Shown here: piece by piece, positions 33,647 through 43,667 of the stretch
How positions within the stretch are numbered: the stretch's first letter is position 1
Layout: every line of letters starts with the position of its first letter
Program-made: the position numbers and the translations under genes
The notes under the pieces: model-generated
Seen by the model: only the letters and a program-made list of their open reading frames with translations
Database searches by the model: none
What the model was told of the DNA's origin: nothing
DNA from: Anaerolineae bacterium
GTDB taxonomy: Bacteria > Chloroflexota > Anaerolineae > Aggregatilineales > UBA3940
Direction: 5' to 3'
DNA length: 64,000 nucleotides
NCBI GenBank assembly: GCA_050288085.1
Contig: JBNKDD010000001.1
Location: 15,728-79,727, forward strand

Positions 33647-34885
33647 TTATTGTTCTGCTGAAACTTGCTGCGTTCCGCCCTGTTGTGTTGTCTCCACTGC
33701 CGAGGTTCCCAGGTCTGTCCCCAGGACATCGTAAACCAGTGTCGCTGGAACTTGCACGTAGTTCAGTCTTGACGGTACCTGGACGTTATAGAAATCCAGG
33801 ATGTATTGCAGTGTCACGCTGTCAGTCGTGAACTCGTTGTCATCGTCATCCAACGCGCTGCGGAGTGCCAGGGTGAGATCAGCACCAGTTTCAAGCGAAT
33901 ATTTTAACACCAATGCATCCTGTCGATCCATTGCTAATGTTACAATTTGCGGAATAGGCACAACTGGCAATGGTGTTGGAGTTGCTTCTTCCGGCGGAGG
34001 GGCTTCCTCTTCAGTTGCTGCCTCATCCTCTGGGGCCGCTTGTGGCGGTGCAGCAGTTACAACAATCGGCTCTGCCAGATCGGTTAACGGCCACATCCCT
34101 ATACCAACCACGATGGCATTGTCAATCACCATCTGGGTGGTCTTTCTTGGGACGCCTATTGCCGGGAATTCCTGGTTAGGAATAACCAGGAGCTGCGTGC
34201 CAAATGGGCCATTTTCCCGCCGACCGAGCGTGTAAGTGTAATTGCTCAGGCCGGTGGCGGCCAGGTCCGCATTATCGGTAATCAAGATACCGGTGTTTGG
34301 CGTAATCGTCTGGAATTCCTGATCGACATCAATGAAATCCATCGATACCATGATGTCAACATGGTCACCTTCTCGCAGTGAATAACCAACCGCTGACAAT
34401 TCGGTGATCGGTATGGCGACCGCTACTTTACCTGACGGGATCAATAGTGCCGCGTCAGAACCGGTATCTGCCAACCCAAATGGTTCATCACCGGGTGTGA
34501 TCATAAAGTCGAGGATGGGCTGACCCGTCAGGATATCAACCCGAGCGATACGGCCATCAACCTGTCCCAGACCTGCTCCGCCTTGTTCCTCATCACCGAC
34601 GAGCAATGCCCCGGTTGGAACAGGAGCTTCTGCCAGTATGGGCCAGGCCATGATATCAACATCATCGATCGTTAATCGTGCGCCGCGTGGCAGATCACGT
34701 TTTGCGATAATGATCAACTCTGTCGGTGGAGGTGTTGGCGATGGTATAGCTGTGGGCTGCTCACCACCCCCGATAGGCCCACCGGGCTGACGCAGCAGAA
34801 ATAGTGCAGCGATACCAATCAAAAGGACGAAAATTATTAAGATGATCAGGATAATCCCAGTTCGGCGGCCTCGGCCTGCGCTCAT
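33647..34885 (-). CDS. SAF-domain / CpaB-like membrane-anchored protein
   Basis: N-terminal TM (GIILIILIIFVLLIGIAALFLL) and a SAF-like RDLPRGARLTIDDVDIMAWP. An acidic Pro/Glu/Ala linker is also present. Confidence 0.55.
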   Translation of the reverse strand: MSAGRGRRTGIILIILIIFVLLIGIAALFLLRQPGGPIGGGEQPTAIPSPTPPPTELIIIAKRDLPRGARLTIDDVDIMAWPILAEAPVPTGALLVGDEEQGGAGLGQVDGRIARVDILTGQPILDFMITPGDEPFGLADTGSDAALLIPSGKVAVAIPITELSAVGYSLREGDHVDIMVSMDFIDVDQEFQTITPNTGILITDNADLAATGLSNYTYTLGRRENGPFGTQLLVIPNQEFPAIGVPRKTTQMVIDNAIVVGIGMWPLTDLAEPIVVTAAPPQAAPEDEAATEEEAPPPEEATPTPLPVVPIPQIVTLAMDRQDALVLKYSLETGADLTLALRSALDDDDNEFTTDSVTLQYILDFYNVQVPSRLNYVQVPATLVYDVLGTDLGTSAVETTQQGGTQQVSAEQ

Positions 34886-35048
34886 ACCGTTCTCTCCTGG
34901 TTAGCAATCGAACTCGATGAAGATGTACTTTAATCAATACTACAGACTTATTATACGATATAACTATCTACTCGCAAATGTCAAACAATAAAAACCGATT
35001 GGTAAATTGGTACTGCGAAGTTAAGAGAGAGCTTGTTATACTTCAATT

Positions 35049-36035
35049 ATGCATCAATACACTGGCAAAGAACCCCAACTTGGCGGGAATATCACTCAGC
35101 ATTTGACCGGGCTAGAACCTCTACTCGGCGGAAAGCGCCGAGCGGCAGCAGATACCAGCCGGATCGATCTATTGCTGAATCTGCCATCATATGAACGCCG
35201 TATGGCCGTTCTTGAGTATGTAATCAGTATCGGTCAGCAAGAAACTTATGCGCTGGAACTGGTTCTGACTATCCATCCCCGCGCTCGCCATAAGCATCAT
35301 AACTGGACCGGGACCTTTACACCGGGGCAGCGAGGCCGGGCCATCGAAGCTCTGGCCGTTATAGGCAGTTACGAGTCGATTGTTCCATTGCTCGACGTGC
35401 TGGCAGATGTCAATTATGAAGTGCGGCGATCCGCTGAAAAAGCATTGGTGATGGTTGTCGAAAGACTCTCACCTGAAATCCCCCGCACCCGCGATGCTTA
35501 TAAGATATTAGCCCGTTCGCTCCGCTTTCTTCCGCTAGCTGCTCGTAAAACTGTGGCGCGTATTCTGGCTGCTGCCCCGCCCGATCTGGTGCTTAGCCCC
35601 CTGCTGCGCGACAGCCTGACAGCGGAGGAATGGTGGGCGCGCCGGGAAGCAGCCTGGGTCCTTGGCGAACTGGGTGACCGCCGGGCAACTGTTCGCTTGA
35701 TCGATGCCCTGGATGATTCATCGTCAGCGGTTCGGCAGTCTGCTGCCTGGGCTTTAGGTCGGCTTGATGCGCCGATTGCGCTTGCCCCATTAAAAGAAAA
35801 ACTTCAAGATCGAGACGAGGTTGTACGGGCAGCGGCGGCTTCTGCCCTGGGGGCACAGGCTGCCAGGCTTTCTGCTCTTGACGAAGAATTCCAACCCATC
35901 ATACAATGGCTTGTAGAGGCCCTGAATGATCATGACTCGTCGGTGCAACTTGCAGCGCTGGAGGCGATAGGGGCCATAGATCGCCCAGAGGCACGATTGG
36001 CACTGCAAGCTGCCGCGAAGCACCATATAACCTAA
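35049..36035 (+). CDS. HEAT-repeat (PBS-lyase-like) protein
   Basis: Repeats such as LIDALDDSSSAVRQSAAWALGRL. Confidence 0.7.
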   Translation: MHQYTGKEPQLGGNITQHLTGLEPLLGGKRRAAADTSRIDLLLNLPSYERRMAVLEYVISIGQQETYALELVLTIHPRARHKHHNWTGTFTPGQRGRAIEALAVIGSYESIVPLLDVLADVNYEVRRSAEKALVMVVERLSPEIPRTRDAYKILARSLRFLPLAARKTVARILAAAPPDLVLSPLLRDSLTAEEWWARREAAWVLGELGDRRATVRLIDALDDSSSAVRQSAAWALGRLDAPIALAPLKEKLQDRDEVVRAAAASALGAQAARLSALDEEFQPIIQWLVEALNDHDSSVQLAALEAIGAIDRPEARLALQAAAKHHIT

Positions 36036-36045
36036 CCTGAGGAAG

Positions 36046-37083
36046 ATGACCCAACTGCCGCTCCCGAACTTCGATTTACCGGAACCTGGTGGAGTTGACC
36101 CACCAGCCGGTGATTCGGGAGCGACCAAACGTACCAAACCTGACGACTCCCTCGAATTTCAAAGCGATCTAGAACTGCTTGATGCCATCTTTGATGCCGA
36201 TTCCCCAGAGCGTCTGAACAAACTTGCCGCTTACATCCAGGAAAGAAAAAAAGAGAAAGAACTTTCTCAACAACTGACGCAGGCTGTACGCCCTGGCGCA
36301 TGGCGACACGGGCAAATCTGGCGTGGCCGTTACCAGGCTGAACAGCGTCTTAATTCGATCCGGATGATTCTTCTGCTGCGACAGCCAGTCGAGGTTGAGC
36401 CATTTATCGCAGCAATCTGGGATCGTGGCAATCCTGATATCCGGCTGAAAGCAGCTACCGCCCTGGGGGAGATCGGCCTGTGGTATGACTGGGCTTCTCC
36501 CCAGATTGTGCATGTCATCCACGCGTTAAAAATCGCGCTGCGCCACCAATTTCCCGATATTCGAAAAGCGGCGGCGGAAGCATTGGGAAAACTCTCTGCG
36601 TGGGAGGCTGCCGATACCCTGATGCGCCGGTTGGAGATCGAAAAGGTGGATGAGGTGCGAGAAGCAGTCGCCCTGGCGTTGGGAGCACTGCATAAAGCCG
36701 ATGCGGTGCTGGCCCTGCTCGACTCCTATGAATCCGGCGAACTTGATTATGATGTGTGCCTGGATGCTTTGCTCAAGATGGGAGACGAGGCCGTCGAAAC
36801 GCTGATCAGTGTGGTTCGACGATGGAATGTCCGGTTGATCAGCCGACATCTGGCAGCGGATGCATTGGGCCGGATCAAGAATCCGGCGGCGTTGGAACCA
36901 CTGCAAATCATCTTGACCCGGCCCCACGAGCCGGAAGATATGCGGATTGCGGCGGCTGAAGCCTTAGGGCGGCTCGGTGGTTCGGAGGCCCTGACCACCC
37001 TGCGCTGGATTTATCACGAACCCTGGGCAAGCAAGGAACTGCTGGCCGCTGTTGAAAAATCAATGAAGCGGCTGTCAAAATAA
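36046..37083 (+). CDS. HEAT-repeat (PBS-lyase-like) protein
   Basis: Repeats such as DIRLKAATALGEIG, DIRKAAAEALGKL and MRIAAAEALGRLG. GAGGAAG SD is present. Confidence 0.75.
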   Translation: MTQLPLPNFDLPEPGGVDPPAGDSGATKRTKPDDSLEFQSDLELLDAIFDADSPERLNKLAAYIQERKKEKELSQQLTQAVRPGAWRHGQIWRGRYQAEQRLNSIRMILLLRQPVEVEPFIAAIWDRGNPDIRLKAATALGEIGLWYDWASPQIVHVIHALKIALRHQFPDIRKAAAEALGKLSAWEAADTLMRRLEIEKVDEVREAVALALGALHKADAVLALLDSYESGELDYDVCLDALLKMGDEAVETLISVVRRWNVRLISRHLAADALGRIKNPAALEPLQIILTRPHEPEDMRIAAAEALGRLGGSEALTTLRWIYHEPWASKELLAAVEKSMKRLSK

Positions 37084-37183
37084 CGGTCCACGAATCACAG
37101 CCTCACTAGAGCCTATCGATCCCACTCACTCACCCCAATTTTAATGTTGCTTTCCCCTGTTGGTTTGCGCATAATCCGGGCAT

Positions 37184-38434
37184 ATGAAAATCTACCTTTC
37201 CCTCCTACGCAAAAGACGAGAATTTCGCTACTTATGGCTGGCCCAGGTGGTCAGTCTGACGGGTGACTGGTTCAATACCATCGCCTCCGTGATCCTGGTG
37301 AATCGTTATACCGAGTCGGGTATGGCAGTTGGGCTGTTTTTCATGGCCCGGTCGCTCCCACCGTTTTTGTTGGGGCCGGTGGTCGGGGTGATCGCTGACC
37401 GGTTCAATCGAAAAATGGTGCTAATCGTGAGCGATCTGCTCCGGGCCGGGATTGTGCTGGGCTTTTTGCTGGTGAACAGTGCCGAGCGTATCTGGCTGCT
37501 TTATGTATTGACCATCGCTCAGTTTGCCGTATCCGCTTTCTTTGAACCAGCACGGGCTGCGATTCTGCCCAGCCTGATCGATGCTGACGAGATTTTGACG
37601 GCCAACACCCTGTCGAGTGCGACCTGGTCAGCGATGCTTGCCATTGGCTCGGCGATTGGTGGGTTCACAGCCAATGCATTTGGCGTTCCGGTAGCGTTGA
37701 TTGTTGATGCGGCCACCTTCCTTATATCGGCATTGCTGGTCGTTCAAATTGCCGCTCCTCCTCTGGCAGAAGAAGAAGCTGTCCAGGCGAGCGGTTGGCA
37801 GGATTTTGTCGATGGGTTGGGATATGTCAGGCAGCAGCCCCGGATTGGCTTGATCACCCTGGTCAAGGGGATGGGACAGATCGGCAGCGTGGATGTCATG
37901 ATCGCAGTTTTTGCGGAGCGGGTTTTCCCGGTTGGTGAGGATGGGGCCTTGACGCTGGGGCTGATGTTTGCCTTTCACGGCATTGGGGCGGTAACTGGCC
38001 CCCTGATTGCCAACCTGCTGACCGATCAGCAAGCGAGGTCGCTCCAGAAAGCGATTACCTGGGGCTACGCGATCATTGCGGTCAGTTGGTTGGGCTGGGG
38101 ATTGGCTCCCTCACTGGCTCTTGTCCTGATTGCTGCCATGCTGCGCGGGATGGGCGGCTCAATCAACTGGACGTACAGCAGTGTACTGCTGCAAATCGAA
38201 GTTCCAGATCGATTGCTGGGGCGGGTGTTTGCGCTGGACTTCGCTTTCTTCACGCTGATGATGTCGTTTGCGGTGCTGGTGAGCGGATTTATCCTTGATG
38301 GCCCCATACCAGACCCGAGCCGGTTTGCTATACTCCTGGCTGTTGGAGCACTCCCGCCCCTGTTGATATGGGCTTTGGCGATTCGCAGAAATCAGGCTTC
38401 TATACCAGCTTCGTTTGTTTCGCCGGGGGATTAG
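37184..38434 (+). CDS. MFS transporter
   Basis: About 12 predicted TM helices and the GVIADRFNRK motif between TM2 and TM3. Confidence 0.85.
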   Translation: MKIYLSLLRKRREFRYLWLAQVVSLTGDWFNTIASVILVNRYTESGMAVGLFFMARSLPPFLLGPVVGVIADRFNRKMVLIVSDLLRAGIVLGFLLVNSAERIWLLYVLTIAQFAVSAFFEPARAAILPSLIDADEILTANTLSSATWSAMLAIGSAIGGFTANAFGVPVALIVDAATFLISALLVVQIAAPPLAEEEAVQASGWQDFVDGLGYVRQQPRIGLITLVKGMGQIGSVDVMIAVFAERVFPVGEDGALTLGLMFAFHGIGAVTGPLIANLLTDQQARSLQKAITWGYAIIAVSWLGWGLAPSLALVLIAAMLRGMGGSINWTYSSVLLQIEVPDRLLGRVFALDFAFFTLMMSFAVLVSGFILDGPIPDPSRFAILLAVGALPPLLIWALAIRRNQASIPASFVSPGD

Positions 38435-38861
38435 GCTATCTTGAATACCAGGGGTTCACCAATCATATATTCCTCGGTATGCTCAGCCGCTTCTCTCAGG
38501 CAGGCCAGATGAATCCTTTGACCCGGCTGATACTGCTGATCCGCATCCCTTCGGCCAACAACGCCAGCGTTTCCACTATTTGCTTTCCCGCTGTCTGCTT
38601 CCGGTAAAACAACGTGCCTTTGATCGCCGTGAAGCTTTTGCTGCACACCCGGCATTGATAGCGTTGGACCCCTGCCGCTGTTTTTCCGTAGCGTACAATT
38701 TGACTATCTTTGATCTGTCCATAAACTTCGCAGTCTTCATTCGGGCAAAACTCACCGACTTCTGCCAATTTTTTGTCATCGTCTCCCCATAAGACTGGTT
38801 TATTTTCGATGATTTTATCATCAACACTTGTCAGGGAGACTATCCAAAGTTTATTTGTCAA
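38431..38861 (-). pseudogene. frameshifted, truncated transposase remnant (IS1-like zinc-ribbon/HTH N-terminus)
   Basis: CPNEDC..YQCRVCSKSF zinc ribbon followed by the start of an HTH (MRISSISRVKG). The ORF stops at 38496. A second frame continues with LREAAEHTEEY and ends at the MFS stop. The start codon is TTG, local GC is lower, and no catalytic domain is present. Confidence 0.55.
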
Positions 38862-38992
38862 TGAACCCCAGACTTACCCAGATTCAAAATTCGTCATGGT
38901 GGCAAGTAGATCGTCTACCCCCAAAAAATGGGGGATAATCCAGGGGAGATTACAAATTAGGATAAACTATCCTGCACAACAAGGAACTAACC

Positions 38993-39895
38993 ATGGAACT
39001 ACAAGAATCTTTTGCTACTACGCACCGAGGTCTCCGGCGCGATTCGCCGCCGATGCGCCTATATGAAAAGGCCAAGCGGTTGGGCCTCTGGAACCCCAGC
39101 GATATTGACTTCAGCAAAGATCAAGCGGACTGGGGTAATCTAGCCGACGATGAGCGTGATCTGATCCTGCGCCTGACAGCCATGTTTGTCGCGGGGGAAG
39201 AAGCTGTCACGCTTAACCTGTTACCGTTGATTATGGTTATCGCGGAGGAGGGCCGGATCGAGGAGGAGCTTTACCTGACTTCGTTTCTGTTTGAAGAAGG
39301 TAAACACACCGATTTCTTTAACCGTTTTTTGACGGAAGTGGCAGGAGTCTCCGGTGATTTGCGACGTTATCATACCCCGAACTACCGCTCGATTATTGCC
39401 CGCGCGCTGCCAGATGCTCTCCGAAAGCTGTGTCAGGACTCGTCTCCAGCGGCCCAGGCTCGCGCTGTAGTGACTTATAACATGATTGTCGAGGGGGTAT
39501 TGGCCGGGACCGGTTATCAGGTCTATTCCAGTATGCTGGAACGCAGCGATCTTTTACCCGGTCAGCGCCAGGGGATTAGCTATGTAAAGAAGGACGAGGC
39601 CCGGCATATGGCCTATGGGGTGTTTCTGTTATCGCGCCTGCTGGCCGAGGATGACTCCCTATGGGAGGTGATTGAGAACCGGATGAACGCCTTATTGATG
39701 CCAGCAGTCGGCGTGGTTCGTGAATTCTTTTCTCGTTATGCCCCGGTTCCATTTGGGCTGTGTGAAGATGAATTCGCTGACTATGCCATGACACAATTTC
39801 AAAAGCGCATGGAACGCATCCAAAAAGCCAGGGGCGCTTCATTAGATGAAATCTACCGGGTGACTCACCAGGCTATCGATCAGGATGATGCATGA
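38993..39895 (+). CDS. R2-like ligand-binding oxidase (ferritin-like di-metal carboxylate protein)
   Basis: Metal ligand motifs FVAGEEAV, FEEGKH, IVEGV and KKDEARH. Length is 300 aa. Confidence 0.8.
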   Translation: MELQESFATTHRGLRRDSPPMRLYEKAKRLGLWNPSDIDFSKDQADWGNLADDERDLILRLTAMFVAGEEAVTLNLLPLIMVIAEEGRIEEELYLTSFLFEEGKHTDFFNRFLTEVAGVSGDLRRYHTPNYRSIIARALPDALRKLCQDSSPAAQARAVVTYNMIVEGVLAGTGYQVYSSMLERSDLLPGQRQGISYVKKDEARHMAYGVFLLSRLLAEDDSLWEVIENRMNALLMPAVGVVREFFSRYAPVPFGLCEDEFADYAMTQFQKRMERIQKARGASLDEIYRVTHQAIDQDDA

Positions 39896-39976
39896 TCTTG
39901 ATCGGGGTATCTCGAAGGAACAACGTTTGAAATTTTGCTGGCGTTATAATATAATTTAGGTATAACTAAATAGTAC

Positions 39977-40738
39977 TTAATAAGCTACCTGATCGATGTA
40001 TTTACCGCCACCATCATCCAGCACTTTTGAGAAGCGTGTGATCCACCACCAGTCAGATAGGGCAACAAAGGCTTCTAGCTCATTGGCTGATCCCAGCGCA
40101 TGGTAGGCTTTCGACACGTAGCCACGAACGGTATCTTCACCCAGGAGTAACTCGTCCTGGATATCGGGATTGTCCAGTCCGATGAAAATCCGCCACATGA
40201 CAATTTCGGCAATCCGGTGGGTGAGGTTGGGGTGCTCAATCTCAGGGGCAAGCGTTCTACCCAGCAGCTTTAAACGAGATTGAGGGGTAAGCGCGGCAGC
40301 GCTTTTATGGGTGAGGAGAATCACATCGTAGTCAGCTATGGCCCGAATAGCAAGGTGTAAACAATACCCGAGATCACTTTTTGACAGTAAGGCATGAATC
40401 GGACTGTTGTCTATGTATGGCAGAATCCGGTTGAGCTTACCTTCAACCAGGCAAATTATTTTTACATCGGGGAGTTTGTCTACAAGCCGGTTAATATCGG
40501 CCAGGAATGCGGGTGTATTGCCAATCGAATCGAGATCGCACACGACAACTTGCAGCCTTCCCTCCGATTCGAATAAGGGAGCCAGCAAGGGAGCCAGAGA
40601 GGATGACGTGTCAAATATTCTCACTCTGCGATCCCGGCCTAGCAAGCCTCTAGCAGCGAAAAGAAAGAAAGGATCGCAGCTAATCAGCGCAGCCGTAATG
40701 TCCCAATATTCACGACTAACCATGCTACTGTTCTCCAA
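39977..40738 (-). CDS. LuxR-family transcriptional regulator with an atypical receiver-like N-terminal domain
   Basis: C-terminal HTH LTHRIAEIVMWRIFIGLDNPDIQDELLLGEDTVRGYVSKAYHALG. The N-terminal region is CheY-like (VVVCDLD). Confidence 0.7.
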   Translation of the reverse strand: MENSSMVSREYWDITAALISCDPFFLFAARGLLGRDRRVRIFDTSSSLAPLLAPLFESEGRLQVVVCDLDSIGNTPAFLADINRLVDKLPDVKIICLVEGKLNRILPYIDNSPIHALLSKSDLGYCLHLAIRAIADYDVILLTHKSAAALTPQSRLKLLGRTLAPEIEHPNLTHRIAEIVMWRIFIGLDNPDIQDELLLGEDTVRGYVSKAYHALGSANELEAFVALSDWWWITRFSKVLDDGGGKYIDQVAY

Positions 40739-40921
40739 ATATGGGCTTTTTGGGGTTTCTGGCTATATATGTTACTCGAAAACAGTATTTCTGAGTAGAC
40801 GGCAGTGATTTCAATACACACACGGTGTGGGCTGTGGGCAGGTAGTCTGTGTTTACAATATCAAAAAGCTAACCGACTTTAAACTGTAATTGGAATCACT
40901 GAAGAAAAGGTTGAAAGAAAA

Positions 40922-41353
40922 ATGTTTACTATTGAAAAACTTCATGATGAGGCCATTACCATCGTTACCGTTAATGGTTCGCTCCTGAATAATATGGCTT
41001 CTCAAGAGGGTGAAAAAGCCAGGCAGACGGTTCAATCAATCGTTGAGGAAACCCCTGGCCTTGATTACCTCATCATGGATCTGCGGGATATAGAATTAAC
41101 TTTTAGTGAGCTTGTGATGGTATTGGCGAAAGCTCGTGACCAGATCGTTGGGATGGGTGGCAAGTCCTACATTGACGCCCAGGTGCGTTACGTGCTGGTC
41201 GGCTCAGATGATTTAATCGATCTGGCGGCTGAGGCATTTCACCAGGAGCAATACGGCAATATTGACATTCGGGTGTTTCCGACAGTTGATATGGCTGTTG
41301 ACTTTGCCCGATGCAAGCTGGCGGTACAAACCAGGTCAACAATAGTAGGTTGA
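40922..41353 (+). CDS. hypothetical protein, possibly STAS-like
   Basis: 143 aa with alternating beta/alpha character (ITIVTVNGSL.., DYLIMDLRDIE). No firm motif and a weak SD. Confidence 0.35.
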   Translation: MFTIEKLHDEAITIVTVNGSLLNNMASQEGEKARQTVQSIVEETPGLDYLIMDLRDIELTFSELVMVLAKARDQIVGMGGKSYIDAQVRYVLVGSDDLIDLAAEAFHQEQYGNIDIRVFPTVDMAVDFARCKLAVQTRSTIVG

Positions 41354-41414
41354 TTGGTTAAGGAATACGAATAACTTGTTCGTGTCCCCATTTGGTTAAG
41401 GTGTAAACAATATC

Positions 41415-43655
41415 ATGGTCCTCAAGAATCTACTTCGCCGTAAAGGCCGAACAATCCTGACCGTGCTGGGGATCAGCGTTGGTGTCGCTGCGATTATTGC
41501 CCTGGGTGCGATGGCAACCGGCATTAAAGCAGGCTACAACTCTGTCCTAACCGGCAGTAAGGCCGATCTGGTTTTGACTCAGCCTGATGCTTACGATGTT
41601 AGCTTGAGTTCGGTTGATGAGCCTATCGGCGATCAACTGCTGGCTATGTCGGAGGTCAGCGCCGTAAGCGGTCTGCTGATGGGTAACGTACAGACCGAGG
41701 GCTCGCCATACTTCTTTGTCTTCGGCTACCCGGAAGACAGCTTTGTGCTGTCCCGGTTCCAGATCACCGATGGGGTCGGGTTGGGCACTCATGAGGCCCA
41801 GACTGCACGCGGTAAGCCTCTCTTGCTAGGATCATCGGCGGCGGATGAATTAAACAAGGAACCGGGAGATACCATCCGGTTAGCGGAGAGCACTTACCGG
41901 ATCGTGGGGATCTACGAAACCGGCGATGCCTTTGAGGAAAATGGAGCGGTGATGGGCATGAAGGATGCCCAGGATTTATTAGGTCGTCCCCGGCAGGTCA
42001 GCCTGTTTTACATCCAGCTTAAAGACCCTAACTTGCGTGATCGGTTAGAAACCCGTGCTGAACGTTTGTGGCCTGACCTTTCGATGAGCAGCACTGACGA
42101 TTATGCCAACAACCAGATGATGGGAGATATGTTGGGCGGTTTTGTCTCAGCCATTGCCGGTCTGGCGATCCTGATTGGCGGCGTCAGTATGATGAATGCC
42201 CAGTTGATGTCCGTCATGGAACGCACCCGTGAAATTGGCGTGTTGAGAGCGATCGGTTGGCGGCGCTGGCGTGTCATGGCAATGATCCTTGGTGAGTCAA
42301 TCCTGGTAGGGCTGCTCGGTGGTGGAGTTGGGATTGGCTTAGGCTGGTTAGCCCTGTCCAGTTCCGGGTTGGTATTGGCTGCCTGGGGAGCGACTACCTC
42401 CAATATCGATAGTGGCTTGTTGATACAGGCGTTTGTCACGGTGGTGATTCTTGGGTTGGTCGGTGGTATGTATCCGGCCTGGCGGGCCTCGCGCCTGGAA
42501 CCTGTCGAAGCACTGCGTTATGAAGGCGGAGCCGTAGGTAAGTCCCAACGCCTACCGGTTGGCGGAATGGCCGTTCAAGGATTATGGCAGCGAAAAGCCC
42601 GTACCTTCCTGACCCTGGGTGTGCTAGGGCTCACAATTGGTGCGATTATGTCACTGGATGCCATGACGCGAGGAATGGTCGGTATGATGGGGAATATGCT
42701 CGGCGAAAACTCCGCTGTGATGGTCTGGCAGGCCGGGGCATCGGATACCGGCTACAGCCAGCTTGACGAGCGCATCGGCGACCGGATTGCCGTCATGCCG
42801 GAAGTCAAGAGTGTTAGCGGGTTGGCTATCACGGCTACCTTTCTCCCGGATGCTGGCCTGTTTGTCCTTCAGGGTTATGCTCCGAATGAGTATGCTATCC
42901 GCCGCTTTCCCATTGTTGAGGGTGAACCCCTGACCGGCAATCACCAGATTTTACTGGGGCGTACGATGGCCGAGGGTATGCATAAAGAGGTTGGCGACTC
43001 TATAGATGTGAGTGGGGTGCGTTTCCGCGTCACCGGTATCTATGAGACAGGCGTGGCCTGGGAAGAGAGCGGCGGCGTGATTTCGCTGCGCGATGCCCAG
43101 AGTTTTATGGGCCGCCCTCGCAAGGTTACGATGTTCTCCGTTACTGTCGATAATCCTTCTCAGGCGCAGGCGGTGACTGACCGGATCAATGCAGACATCC
43201 CTGAAGCAAAGGCCGCGCTGTCCGGTGAATTCGCCGAACAACTGCCCGACATGCAGGCAACAAAAGGGATGGTTGATGGGATTTCGGTTATGGCGATTCT
43301 GGTTGGTGGCATCGGTATGATGAATACCATGCTCATGACCGTCTTAGAACGTACCAGGGAGATCGGGGTGCTTCGTGCCTTAGGCTGGCGACGTCGGGCG
43401 ATCCTTGGCCTTATCTTGAAGGAAGGTGCGCTGCTTGGTAGTTTCGGTGGGTTAACCGGCATTATTCTGGCATTTCTGATTAGCTTCCTGATCGGGATTG
43501 AGCCGAGCTTCGGGTCGATATTGGAATTTGTATGGGAATGGGATGTGTTTGCACGAGCCATCGGTCTGGCATTAATTCTAGGTTTATTTGGCGGCCTATA
43601 CCCGGCATTCCGGGCAACACGTTTGCAGCCGGTTGAGGCACTACGTTACGAGTAG
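41415..43655 (+). CDS. MacB/FtsX-type ABC transporter permease (duplicated FtsX)
   Basis: N-terminus MVLKNLLRRKGRTILTVLGISVG. REIGVLRA(I/L)GWRR occurs twice. It is a paralogue of 15208-17592. Confidence 0.85.
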   Translation: MVLKNLLRRKGRTILTVLGISVGVAAIIALGAMATGIKAGYNSVLTGSKADLVLTQPDAYDVSLSSVDEPIGDQLLAMSEVSAVSGLLMGNVQTEGSPYFFVFGYPEDSFVLSRFQITDGVGLGTHEAQTARGKPLLLGSSAADELNKEPGDTIRLAESTYRIVGIYETGDAFEENGAVMGMKDAQDLLGRPRQVSLFYIQLKDPNLRDRLETRAERLWPDLSMSSTDDYANNQMMGDMLGGFVSAIAGLAILIGGVSMMNAQLMSVMERTREIGVLRAIGWRRWRVMAMILGESILVGLLGGGVGIGLGWLALSSSGLVLAAWGATTSNIDSGLLIQAFVTVVILGLVGGMYPAWRASRLEPVEALRYEGGAVGKSQRLPVGGMAVQGLWQRKARTFLTLGVLGLTIGAIMSLDAMTRGMVGMMGNMLGENSAVMVWQAGASDTGYSQLDERIGDRIAVMPEVKSVSGLAITATFLPDAGLFVLQGYAPNEYAIRRFPIVEGEPLTGNHQILLGRTMAEGMHKEVGDSIDVSGVRFRVTGIYETGVAWEESGGVISLRDAQSFMGRPRKVTMFSVTVDNPSQAQAVTDRINADIPEAKAALSGEFAEQLPDMQATKGMVDGISVMAILVGGIGMMNTMLMTVLERTREIGVLRALGWRRRAILGLILKEGALLGSFGGLTGIILAFLISFLIGIEPSFGSILEFVWEWDVFARAIGLALILGLFGGLYPAFRATRLQPVEALRYE

Positions 43656-43667
43656 AGGGTAACGACA

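Noticed and set aside
33469-33729. The 86-aa version of the small ORF from the ORF track.
   Set aside because: Its first 34 codons overlap the 3' end of the SAF gene in another frame. The internal ATG at 33627 has a strong AAGGAG SD, so the 52-aa product is the supportable one.
33647-34885. CpaB-like gene as evidence for a tad/flp pilus locus.
   Set aside because: No pilin, prepilin peptidase, CpaE/F ATPase or TadB/C genes are present in the window. Only the SAF-domain similarity is visible.
34998-35012. ATTGGTA tandem repeat (34998-35012), together with CATTGGTAA-N13-TTACCAATG (54906-54936), as sites for a common regulator.
   Set aside because: The shared core is only 7-8 nt and the two contexts are unrelated. 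Both are noted as weak candidate operators, but evidence is insufficient for a regulon claim.
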